Position numbers and translations under genes: made by a program
NCBI RefSeq assembly: GCF_018977255.1
Contig: NW_024704742.1
Span: 49,788,001 to 49,852,000, forward strand
Direction of reading: 5' to 3'
Length of the DNA: 64,000 bases
Origin: Callorhinchus milii
Taxonomy: Eukaryota
The notes under the pieces: model-generated
What the model saw: only the letters and a program-made list of their open reading frames with translations
What the model was told of the DNA's origin: nothing
The model's database searches: none
Part shown: piece by piece, positions 25,823-36,570 of the stretch
How positions within the stretch are numbered: position 1 is the first letter of the stretch
Layout: each line of letters begins with the position of its first letter

Positions 25823-26455
25823 GTTTGATTTGGTGGCAAGTCTGCTCTTCTCCCTCTTTGTATGCACTGCCATTTTCTTAGAGATAGATCAATCCACTAT
25901 ATCCATATTTTAATAAATTTGGATATTAAGATAATCTTTAGAGAGCTTTAGCTTTATTATTGCTTTCTCCTTGTTTGAATATTGCGCCTAGAAGACAAAT
26001 TGGATGATTATGCTGCTCATTTATGCATTAAATATGGAAAAATTCAACTGTACACAAATGTTTTGTGACTGGTCAGTGAAAAGAGGGCAAAGCCTAAAGT
26101 AATGTTCCAATCACAAAATTAATTTTGTGCTTGCTTCTGTTTCAAAGTATTTTGAAGAATTATGCCCTGGATGTTAAAAAAGTATAACAGTTTACTAAAA
26201 CTTGAACATTATTGATAACATTCTATAAATAAATAACATGTGTAATAAAAAACATTTTACTGAAAGCCCAATTTACTATTATATTTGATCAGTATTAAGT
26301 CAGAAATTAAAAATGGTGAACAATTACCTTTCGTAGATGTTTAATAACATTGTGTAACATCCATTATTAACTTGCTCATAGTGGAGCATATTCCACCAAT
26401 AATATGTATAACACAGAAGAAAAACAGCTGTTTGACATAGAGGCAAGTCAAATCT

Positions 26456-26604
26456 CTCTATAGATGACACCATGTAACTGAAGTGAGGATTGTCTTTCAG
26501 TTTCTGCTCTAACCTCAGAGGCATGAAAAATGTGTGCAATGTGATTCACATCACATATATTTATCACATTATATTCTACAATTTTCAGACCTTTATTTGT
26601 TCCT
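26456..26604. repeat. Local duplication, copy 1 (copy 2 at 27731-27880)
   Basis: About 150 bp, highly similar by eye, 1.27 kb apart, same orientation. Confidence 0.95.
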
Positions 26605-27521
26605 CGCACTTAATCTGGAAAAGCAATTGAAGGGGGTTGGGTACTTCCCTATGGTAAGGTGGGAAAAACAGAGGAAAGATCACTCCTGGCTGCTCTTAGC
26701 ATCCTGATTGCAGGTGCCTCTGGGTGGGAGCAAGTTATGCACTTATCCTCTCGGTCATAGACAGCATGTGTGTGAGGAACTCAAAGAACGGGAGAAAAAG
26801 ATACGTGCAGTTCCCAATAAAAGGGAGGTGACTGTTCATTTGCAATCCAATTCTCTGTGGGTGAGATTTTCCGTTATCAGTAAATTTATTGGCTTTGGCA
26901 GATCATGCTTATAATGGGAAATTGTCGTTACAAAGAAGTAAATCTAGCTTTGTAAATTTACTTAACAATAGTACATAATCCCATCAGCATTATTGACCTG
27001 AGACCAACACCTTGGGTTAGATTTACAGATAGATAATGTGAGGTGAGGGAAATTATTTTACTCTGTGGAGTTCTTTCATATGAAGATCTCAGGTCTGAAT
27101 CCTATGATCTTCAACTGCAGTTCTTTTGAAGAAATATGGTTATAAAATTCAAAATTAATAAGAATTTGAAAATATATAGAATTTTGAATGATTATAAATT
27201 GAACACATGAAAAAATTGAAACATTCTGCAATTCGGCATAATCTTACATTTTAGAACAGGCTGTTAATTTTTAAAAAATAATTTAAAGTCATCTTAAAGT
27301 GCTTCACAGTATTTTACTGTAGAATATACTGACTATGTATTCTCGTTGTATATCTACAAGATTAAGATTAGACCATGTAATATTTCAGCCCTCAAGTAAA
27401 TTACCATAGTAATGCAAAGACAAGTTTGTGATGTTAAGTGGGAGTCAGAACTCTATAACTACAATGTAACAGATTGAAGTTTCATGATGCTTACATCTGT
27501 CTGAACATCTGACTGTTTTAG

Positions 27522-27558
27522 TTTGCATGAACGCAATGAAATTCCTGTTTACACTGAG
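27522..27558 (+). CDS. Candidate internal exon (DLHERNEIPVYTE; phase 2 to 0)
   Basis: Acceptor ctgactgttttag, consensus donor GAG|gtgagt; in frame with 24007-24076. Confidence 0.5.
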
Positions 27559-27730
27559 GTGAGTTATCATCTTCTCAGCTCAATTGATTTGAACATGCAG
27601 ATTGGACTTTCTGATATGTGAGCAGTTTGAATTGGTTTCAACATTGGTCACAACTTTTATCATTCAAATCTCTCTCATAAGATCATAAGAAATGCCTTCT
27701 TGGAAGTCGCATGCACATATGTCCCAAACC

Positions 27731-27880
27731 CTCTATAGATGACACCATGTAATTGAAGCAAGGATTGTCTTTCAGTTTATTCTCTAACATCAGAGGCGTG
27801 AAAAAATGTGCAAAATGTGATTCACATCACATATATTTATCACATTACATTCTACAATTGTCAGCTCTTTGTTTGTTCCT
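27731..27880. repeat. Local duplication, copy 2
   Basis: Matches 26456-26604. Confidence 0.95.
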
Positions 27881-28354
27881 TACCTTTCAACTGTTTGTTT
27901 GATTCTTCATCATAATTAGCTGCTGCGTTTCATCCATAAAATATACAATCAATTCACTTTACAGTAAATAGAAATATTCTATTTATACCCTTTATAAAGA
28001 TGCTGGTGAAAATATAGGATTTATTTTGCAGATGTTGGCAGATAAAGATAACGCATTTCAATTATAATAGGTTGTGCAGTATGTTCTCTCTCTCCATTCC
28101 TCTTCAGAAAAATTGAAAGTCTCTGTCATCAGTCAATCTGAACCTCCATGGACACACTAGAAAATTCACTGATGTTCAATGACGTTAGTATTACACTAAA
28201 CAGATGCAGTAGCAGGTCTATTTTCACAGTTGTGAGTGTAAAGTGCTATTTTTACTACCAACTTTGAAGCAAGGAGGGAGTGGGGAGAAGGTGAGTATGG
28301 TACAAAAGTCAATTAATATTATAATAATAATCCTTGCATTTGATAAAGTGCCTG

Positions 28355-29766
28355 AAACGAATCGTCGCGTCCCAGCTCCTCTCCTTTCTCTCTCACCATT
28401 CCCTCTTTGAACCCCTCCAATCCGGCTTCCACACTGCCCACAGCACGGAAACAGCCCTGGTTTAAAGTCATTAATGACATTCTGAACATCTGTGATCAGG
28501 GCTCCCTCTACCTCCTTGTTCTCCTCGACCTCTCTGCCGCCTTCAACACTGTCAACCACTCCATCCTCATACACAGCCTCTCCGCTTTACTCAATCTTCA
28601 CGGACCTTCCCTTGCTTGATTCGATTCCTATCTCTCTCACCGTCTCCACTTCGTTGTCTCTATCGGTTTCTCCTCCAGCCCCTGTACTGTCACGTCTGGC
28701 GTCCCCCAGGGGTCTGTCCTTGGCCCTCTCCTCTTTAATATCTGCATGCTCCCCTTAGTGACATTATCCGTAGACATGGGGTCAACTTCCATATGTATGT
28801 GGATGACACCCAACTCTATCTTTCTGCCTCCACCCTCAACTCCAGGACCACTGCTGTCCTGACAGACTGCCTGTTGGACATCTCGTCCTGGATGAGGGCA
28901 AATTTCCTACAGTTGAATGTGAACAAGACTGAAGCCGTACTGATTGGCTCGCGCCAGTGCCTCAGCATCTCAAGCTCCTGCAGCATCAACCTCCACAGTT
29001 GCACACAACAACTCACCAAACCAGTCAGGAACCCAGGTGTCTTATTCGACCCTCAACTGTCTTTTCTCCCCCACATTCAAGCCATGACCTGCTCTGCTTT
29101 CCCTCACCTCCGTAACATCGCCTGACTCCACCACTACCTCACCCCTCAGGCCACTGAAACTCTTGTTCATGCTTTCATCACCTCTAGGCTCGACTATGCA
29201 AACCCCCTGCTTGTCGGCCTTCCCAACTCCTCCCTCCACAGGCTGCAGATAATCCAGAACTCTGCAGTCTGTGTCCTCTCCCGCACCAAACTCCATGACC
29301 CCATCTCCCCCACACTCGCCCGACTCCATTGGCTCCCTATCCTTCAGAGGATCCAATTAAAGATCCTGGTCCTCACCTACAAAGCCCTCCATGGACTCGC
29401 CCCACCTTACCTCTGCGACCTCCTAACCCCCTACCAACCCACCCGTTCCTTCCGCTCAGCCGGCTCCGACCTGCTCCACGTCCCCCGACCCACCCACCCC
29501 ACCATTGGCGGGAGAGCCTTCAGCCCCTCTGCTCCCAACCTCTGGAATTCCATCCCCCAGTCACTCCACCTCGCTCCCTCCTTAGCCTCCTTCAAGTGCC
29601 ACCTCAAGACCCTCCTCTTCGACCATGCCATCGGCCACCCCCCTTCCCCTCCCCTCCCTTCCCCCCCCCGGACCCCAGCTCAGGTCTGAAATGCTGTACA
29701 CTGTCCATCGCCTTGGGACGTCCTCCCGACATGAAAGGCGCTATACAAATGTAATCTTGTTGTTGT
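28355..29766 (+). mobile_element. L2 LINE, 5'-truncated, inserted into a minus-strand SINE
   Basis: [14 protein letters not shown] and MYVDDTQLY frames; same subfamily as 383-2240. The SINE tail is at 28318-28352 and the SINE body resumes at ~29767. Confidence 0.95.
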
Positions 29767-30170
29767 TATCACATCGTTGAGACATCTCAAAACGCTTCAC
29801 TAAATAAACTATAAAATCAATTGACTGTGTATTTTGTGGGAGAAATAAGGCAGCCAATTGCTAATAATTGATTAATAATTGAAGAGGTCAAAGGGCATTA
29901 AGCACTTCAAATTTCTGTGCAGTCTTAAATTTTAAGACAAAATGTCTTACAATCTAATATGTATCAAGTTATTTTCCAACCTCATTCAGTCAGCAAGAAA
30001 TGGGTTGTGGGCCTCTAGTCCTGGCACTGCAAGAAGGCAATAATTACATCAATGTGCATTTGTATTGCTCCTTCCGAGCAGGAGAGTGCCGTGGATCATC
30101 AGTTTAGTCAGTGAAAGGTTTAAAGGTGTAGGGGATGTTCATGTACCAAAGAAAAGCTCTAGTGTTTTGT

Positions 30171-30476
30171 GGAGTCCTGTAGCTCAGTGGTTAGAGCGCA
30201 CCTCTGTTTACCTAGCAATAAGCAGGAACCCGGTTGTTAGTCGATTGGTGGATCGCGTTTCCGTGGATAATAATTCCTTCAAAAAAAATAATGATAATAA
30301 ATTGGTCACTTCAATCCACGACTGTTTGTGGGACACTGCTGTGCGCAATTGGCTGCCGTGTTTTGTCCACAAAATGTACAAGTCACTTCATTTTACAGTA
30401 TATTCTGTGAAGTGCTTCGAGACATCTCGAAGATATGATAAGGCCCTATATCAAATGCAAGCACTATTATTATTAA
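30171..30476 (+). mobile_element. tRNA-Deu-L2 SINE with internal deletion
   Basis: GGAGTCCTGTAGCTCAGTGGTTAGAGCGC A-box head joined to the body, Deu core and (TTA)n tail. Confidence 0.9.
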
Positions 30477-30540
30477 CAGTAAGCTAATTATTGACTAAAC
30501 AGATGGAGTGATACATCTCCTGACACAATGTCTATGGATG

Positions 30541-31725
30541 GTGTCAGCCTAGTTCAGTTGGTAGCACGCTCACTTCTGTCTTAGAAGGTTGTGGATCAAG
30601 TCCCAAATCGGGATTTTGAACTCACATGGAGCTGACCCTCCACTGCAGTGCTCCAAACAATGCTACAGAGGCCACGGCCTGCAACTTGAAGGGGGTAAAT
30701 TCAGAATGAATCTATGCAAATGCTATTTCAGTGAGCGAATAGTGAACCTGTGGAACAGGCTCCCTAGGGAGACGGTTGAAGCAGGAAGTGTTGATTCTTT
30801 CAAACACAGATTAGATAGTTTTCTTTTTGGAAATAACATTATGGGATACAGTACATAGGTAGTTCAGGACATATGTGCATGCGACTGCAAGGAAGGTGGA
30901 AGGCGAACTAGATGGACCTTGGTCTTTTTTCGTCTAGCATTTCTTATGTTCTTACATTCTTATTGTTGGTGGTGGCATCCTTTGGATTTCCCAGATAAAA
31001 TTGGTAAATTCACTTCATGCCTGATTGTGGGACACTGTTATTTGCAAATTGGCTGCTTCATTCGCCTACAAAATACAGTAAACTCCTCATAATTCAGCCT
31101 TGGTTTAACTTGTCACTACCATTTAAGTCCATAAATATCAATTCACTTTACAGTATATTCTGTGAAGCACTTTGAGACGTCTAGAAGATGTGAAAAAGTG
31201 CTGTATCAAATGCAAGGAATATTATTATTTAAGTCGCCATGCTATCAATATCTCGGCTGCTTCCATACAGAATGTAAATAATTTAATGGCATTTTACTTG
31301 TCACTCCTCTTAACACATAACTAGTCAAATTCTAGCAATTTTTATGAGTGGTTACAATGTAAAATTGATCAGTTAACTCATGCTTTTAGATGAGATGCTT
31401 GCATCACTTCCCGCCCTATTCTGTTACTGATGCGAGTGCTTGGCGGAGGTTGGGAGCTTGGCATGCTCAGATACAGGGAGGCTTCTGGTCTATTGGAGGG
31501 CTGCGGTGTAGCCTCCAGTTCTGCTTCACGCCTTATTCTATGATAGATTAGGGCAAGGGCCGCAGTGTGGCCCTCCAATATACTAGAGGCCTCTGTGATG
31601 CATCTGAATGAAGCGTTATCAGGAGTTTACTGTATACAATTATTACACTTTACAATAAAATGTGAAGTGTTTTGAGAATTCCCCCTGATGTGGAAAGGTC
31701 TCTATCAAATACACGGATTATTGTT
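30541..31725 (+). mobile_element. Old DeuSINE interrupted by a CR1 3' fragment (~30665-30955) and a Tigger-like MITE
   Basis: SINE head 30541-30655, core 30960-31075 and tail 31635-31725; CR1 frame RGHGLQLEGGKF...YFSERIVNLWNRLP. Confidence 0.8.
31076..31632. mobile_element. Non-autonomous Tc1/mariner-superfamily (pogo/Tigger-like) element
   Basis: TA|CAGTAAACTCCTCATAA ... TTATCAGGAGTTTACTG|TA gives terminal inverted repeats with a TA duplication. It contains a nested SINE tail at ~31135-31230. Confidence 0.85.
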
Positions 31726-31815
31726 ACTGTTTAATAAATGTGCAATTGCAACTTTAATTTATGACAAAGTGTAATTGCAATGCAATTGATAATTTACCAG
31801 TTGTTTTCTTCACAG

Positions 31816-31872
31816 AACAAGAAAGCCCAGTGAAATTTCAGTCATACCTCAGGAGCACCACAGAGTATTATT
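31816..31872 (+). CDS. Candidate internal exon (EQESPVKFQSYLRSTTEYY; phase 1)
   Basis: Strong acceptor ttgttttcttcacag, donor T|gtatgt (alternative GA|gtatta). Confidence 0.35.
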
Positions 31873-33282
31873 GTATGTTTTATTTGCTAAATGAGTAGGG
31901 AAACAGAGCTTTGATTTCTGCAATGGAGACCTCATTAGCAAGCCTTCGCAAGAAAAGGCATTCCTCAGGAATTCTCTCTCTAGGTGTGTATTTGTACATT
32001 AGAGGTTGAGTGCTAGGGGCTGCATATGCAGAACTGTTTGATGGCAAAGATTTTCAAGATAGTTGTATTACGTGTGTGTATGTGTGTATGATTGGTTTGA
32101 GGAGGGTGGAGTCACTTTCATGTAAGCTAAAGAAGCCATTCCCAATCTTCTCCTCCACAGAACTTCACACAAACACACCCTCCCACAGAAAGAATATTTA
32201 TTTCCCTTACTAAATTCCAAGCCTATCTGGTCACGTTTCGCTCCCAAAATATACAGTCAATCTACTGAACAATATATTCTGTAAAGCGCTTTGGGATGAC
32301 TCAATAATGTGGTAAGGCGCTATATCTAATGCAGGGATTATGATTATTATCTCGAGTTAAGTTTAAGTTTGGTCTGGGTTAATCGAGCTGTCAAAATTCA
32401 GATCAGCACAAATGTTTGCCTTGAGTATCAACATTCAGTAGCTATCAGTCCAAATATAAATAAATACATTGGATTGCCTGTGTCAAATGTACCTTAAGAT
32501 GCATAAAAATAGAATCGTTATTAAGGCCAAGTCTGCCTACTCACATAACTAGGAAAATAAATTTACTATTAAAATGATAGATTCTCATGTGGAAGTTGGA
32601 GGAGTATTGGAATACTTTGTGGCTAGAAGTCTGCTCTTTGACCAGATATGAAGCACGCCATCATTTCAAAGATCTCAAGTTATTCTGTTTTATATTAAAA
32701 CTTCATTGAGATGTAATTGTCAGCTTCTTCTGGTCTCACCAGCAAATTGATGCATGCGAATTGTCATCACTTTCGCAGGAAATATATTTCCCTTCAGCTT
32801 GAATGGCAAGCTCATGGGTCAGCTAGTTATGGCACTACTCTGATAACAGTTTAATACTGTAGCTTTCAATGGAGAAAGCCTCACTGCAACTCTGTATCCT
32901 ATCAGCGCAATAAAGGGAAAAAAATGATGCCAACATTAGATCAGTAACACTAGAAGTGGCAGGAATATTCATCATATGTGACAGGATAAAATGGAACTAG
33001 GGACTTGAAACAATGACAGAGCTCTGCTATACGTTGGAAAGAAAATTGAGCAGCATTGCCGGAATAATAATGGAAGGAAAGGATTCCAGTAATGCCACTT
33101 CAGATTGTCCCCATCCACTGAGCTATTAATCCTGTGCAATTCACTGCAAGCTACGATTTTCAAACACAGAGGTTTGTGATGGACTATAAATTTCTCCATT
33201 TAGACTGAGTAGTTTCAACCCCATGCAATTCCTTTGCAGTAAATATATTTTTATATAAATGAAACCCACAAAATTTTAATGA

Positions 33283-33643
33283 TAAGTTCTGTAACGTATT
33301 GGTTAGAGCACTGGCCCCACAAGAGAGAGGACCTGGGTTCAACTCTCGGGCAGGGCTTAACGTTAGGTAAGTTTTCTTACTCCACACGCCTCTGTTTACC
33401 TAGCATTAAGTGGGAACCCAGTTGTTGGTTGATTGGTGGGTCGCTTTTCCAGGGAAAATAATTCATTAAAAAATAATTTGTTTATTCAATCCACGACTGT
33501 TTGAGTGCTGTGCGCACTTTGCTGCCACACTTTGCCCACAAAATATACAGTCAATTCACTTTACAGTATATTCTGTGAAGCACTTTGAGACGTATTGAAG
33601 ACGTGATAAGATGCTATATCAAATGCAAGGATTATTATTATTA
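33283..33643 (+). mobile_element. Full-length tRNA-Deu-L2 SINE
   Basis: tRNA head with B-box GGTTCAACTC, Deu core and L2-like tail. Confidence 0.92.
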
Positions 33644-33879
33644 ATTTATATCCAAGCAGCATCAGCAAAACTACATATGTTTTTAACTTAAAATGAAAAA
33701 AGGATTGTTAATGAATGCAATGTTTTTGGTTGATATTTTTATACTTTTGGAAGTGAAAGAGATTATACCGTTTCAATTTTAGAGATCATACCATTTCCAT
33801 TTTAGAGATCAATCTGTTGTTCTGGTAGGACATTGACGTTCTGGTAGGTCATGTTTAGGAAGGACATTGATTTTTACTA

Positions 33880-34093
33880 TGAAACAAAAGTTGCTGGGAA
33901 CACTCAGCAGGTCAGGCAGCATCTATGGAAAAAGAAAAGTGAGTCAACATTTCGGGTCCAAGACCATTCGTCAGAACTGGGGCATGTTGGGAGGGAGAGG
34001 CTTTTAAGGGCTAACAGAGAGGGGGGAGATAGGGCAAGGAAGACAAAGGAGAAAATGGGGGTAGAGGACAGGGGATGATGGGTTAAAGAAGTG
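33880..34093 (-). mobile_element. Penelope-like element terminal-repeat remnant
   Basis: Minus strand reads a pyrimidine-rich tract, then CCAGTTCTGACGAATGGTCTTGGACCCGAAATGTTGACTC...AGATGCTGCCTGACCTGCTGAGTGTTCCCAGC. A degraded + copy lies at ~17270-17368. Confidence 0.75.
33941..33980 (-). ncRNA. Minimal type-I hammerhead ribozyme motif (likely partly decayed)
   Basis: CUGACGA core, GGUC/GACC stem II, CGAAA and a near-palindromic AAUGUU stem III, the layout known for PLE-associated hammerheads. Confidence 0.65.
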
Positions 34094-34449
34094 TTAATGA
34101 TGGAAAACAAAAGGGGGCAAAATTTCATCAAAATAGCTTTGCTTATGAATCAAGTCGGTGAACAATTTCTTTATATTAGCAGCATCAAGATAGGTCATCA
34201 ACACGATCACTTTGTCTATTGCTAATTTTTTTACAAACAAAACCATCAGAGTAACTGTTATCCTACTACATGCTTGCTGATGGTCAATAACCAATGCTGT
34301 AGACTCAGCTTCATAGATCCACCATTGAGGACGACTGTCTTTGGCACATTCAAGATGATAAATATTTACTCCACTACATTTATCTGTCAGAAGAACAATT
34401 TAGCCAACTCGTTTCCAATTTTCACTTCCAATCACGTGTTCATATGTCC

Positions 34450-34484
<35 letters not shown>

Positions 34485-35790
34485 TGTCTCGACGAATGGC
34501 TTCTCCTCCACCCCCCGTACTGTCTCATGTGGAGTCCCTTAGGGCTCTGTCCTCGGTCCCCTCCTCTTCACCCTCTATATGCTCCCCCTCGGTGACATCA
34601 TCCGCAGACATGGAGTTAACTTCCACATGTATGCGGATGACACACAACTCTACCTTTCCTCCTCTACTCTCAACTCCACGACCACCGATGTCCTGACAGC
34701 TGCCTGTCCGACATCGAGTCCTGGACGAGAGACAACTTTCTTCAGCTCAACGTGCGAAAAACCGAGGCCCTCCTGATTGGCTCACGTCAGCGCCTCCGCA
34801 CCTCAGGCGCCGACACCATCAGCATCCAAGGCTGCACTCTCCACCTCTCAAAGCCAGTCAGGAACCTCGGCGTTTTGTTCGACCCTGAGCTGTCCTTTCT
34901 CCCTCACATCCGCACCACAACTGGCACCGCCTTCCATCACCTCCGGAACATCGCCAGACTACGGCACTACCTCACCCCTCACGCTGCTGAAACCCTGGTT
35001 CACGCCTTTGTCACCTCAAGGCTGGACTATGGGAACTCTCTCCTCGCCGGCCTTCCCGCCACCTCCCTCCACAAGCTGCAGGTCATCCAGAACTCTGCAG
35101 CTCGTGTACTGTCCCGCACCAGGCTTCGCGACCACATCACTCCCACCCTCGCTCGCCTCCACTGGCTCCCCATCCCCCAGAGGATTGATTTCAAGATCCT
35201 CATCCTCACCTACAAGGCCATTCACGGCCTCGCTCCCTCCTACCTCTCCAACCTACTATCCCCCTACCTACCTGCCCGTACCCTCCGTTCCTCCGGCTCC
35301 GGTCTGCTCCACGTCCCCCACCCCAATCGCCCTACCATTGGTGGTCGGGCCTTCAGCCTCTCAGCCCCGAGGCTCTGGAACTCTATCCCCCAGTGCCTTC
35401 GCCTTGCTTCCTCCCTCTCCTCCTTCAAGGCCGGTCTCAAAACCTTTCTCTTTGACCGAGCCTTCAGCTCCCCTCTCGACTCTCTACCCCCTCCTCGCTC
35501 CCTCCCTTCCCTCCCCTCACCCTGACCATTTCCCCGCTCCTCGCTCCCTCCCATCCCTCCCCTCACCCTGACCATTTCCCCCCTGCTCGGGTCATGACCC
35601 AACTGTGCAGCGCCTTGGGACGTCCTCCTGACGTGAAAGGCGCTTTATAAATGGAATCTTGTTGTTGTTGTTATTATTATTATTATTATTATTATGTATT
35701 TCACCTATGTATTGCTGCTTGACCTTGGTATTTGTCTTCAAATCGCAAACTTTTTTTTAAGACCTCCTGCTAAATCCTTTGAATCCCAGA
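34094..35790 (-). pseudogene. Possible decayed GIY-YIG-like nuclease reading frame, split by an L2 insertion
   Basis: 35694-35760 reads KKVCDLKTNTKVKQQYIGEIH. 34094-34453 reads TRTYEHVIGSENWKRVG*IVLLTDKCSGVNIYHLECAKDSRPQWWIYEAESTALV..., with about 100 stop-free codons. Confidence 0.35.
34484..35671 (+). mobile_element. Young L2 LINE, 5'-truncated, flanked by (TAT)n on both sides
   Basis: YADDTQLY and a 257-aa C-terminal ORF nearly identical to 7967-8668; ~46-bp tandem duplication at the ORF end/3' UTR (~35491-35582). Confidence 0.97.
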
Positions 35791-36117
35791 GAGGCTTTGA
35801 AGTTGTTGGTTGCGTATTTTGATGCTTCTCACTTGTTTTGCTTGTTGGTGAACTCAATCATTTTGACTGACACTTGCAGGCTCTCATTGGAAAATCTTAC
35901 CTTGTCTTGTGCGACATTTACACCCTCAATTCTGTTCTCCCCAGATGTATTCATGGAGAGTTTGTAAATTTATAGGCATCAAGTGACTGGTGAGCTGCAT
36001 CATTGGTTATTAAGTTTTTATTAACACTAGTGGAATCGCATTTCTCACACTGGAGAAATCTCCCTAGTTATTTACAGTTTTAACCTCATAAGAATCACCT
36101 TTTCCATTCTGATTATT

Positions 36118-36570
36118 TTTAGTCAGCCGGGTGTCTGACACATGCGGAAACCCATCACCATGCTTAAGAGTATCCACACGAAGCTGAGAATTCCATTCAT
36201 CCTCCCTACACATGGAAATTCCAGAGGTAAATTGCACACTCTCTCCCTGGATGGACACATCCTACTTACCTAACTTCTGAAAGTATTAGGCACAGATTGA
36301 GCCAAGGCTTGCGGACTCCAGCGTGTACGTTGGGATACTGCTATAGCTAACCAGGTAAAAAGCGCATAGTTTGTCATTGATATCGTTGTCTGGCAATCTT
36401 TCCTGCTGCTTGTTCAGCGAGCACCCGTTAGGGCTTTGACTTGCAGGGATAACAGGAGCTATGTGGGATGATTCCTTGTCCCCAGTGATTGTTCTGCCCT
36501 TCCAGGTCCTGCCAATGAGCCAGGATGGCTCTGCTATCATCAGCAGTGCCTTGGAATGAATCACAATGGG
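36118..36570 (+). repeat. Unclassified dispersed repeat, longest copy
   Basis: Segments match 13185-13435 (-), 63750-63870, 37490-37580, 24085-24172 and ~9930-10040 (-). Confidence 0.8.

Noticed and set aside
28032..28067. Possible terminal exon MLADKDNAFQL* in phase with 27558
   Set aside because: It cannot be distinguished from chance, and further + strand candidates lie downstream; left uncalled.
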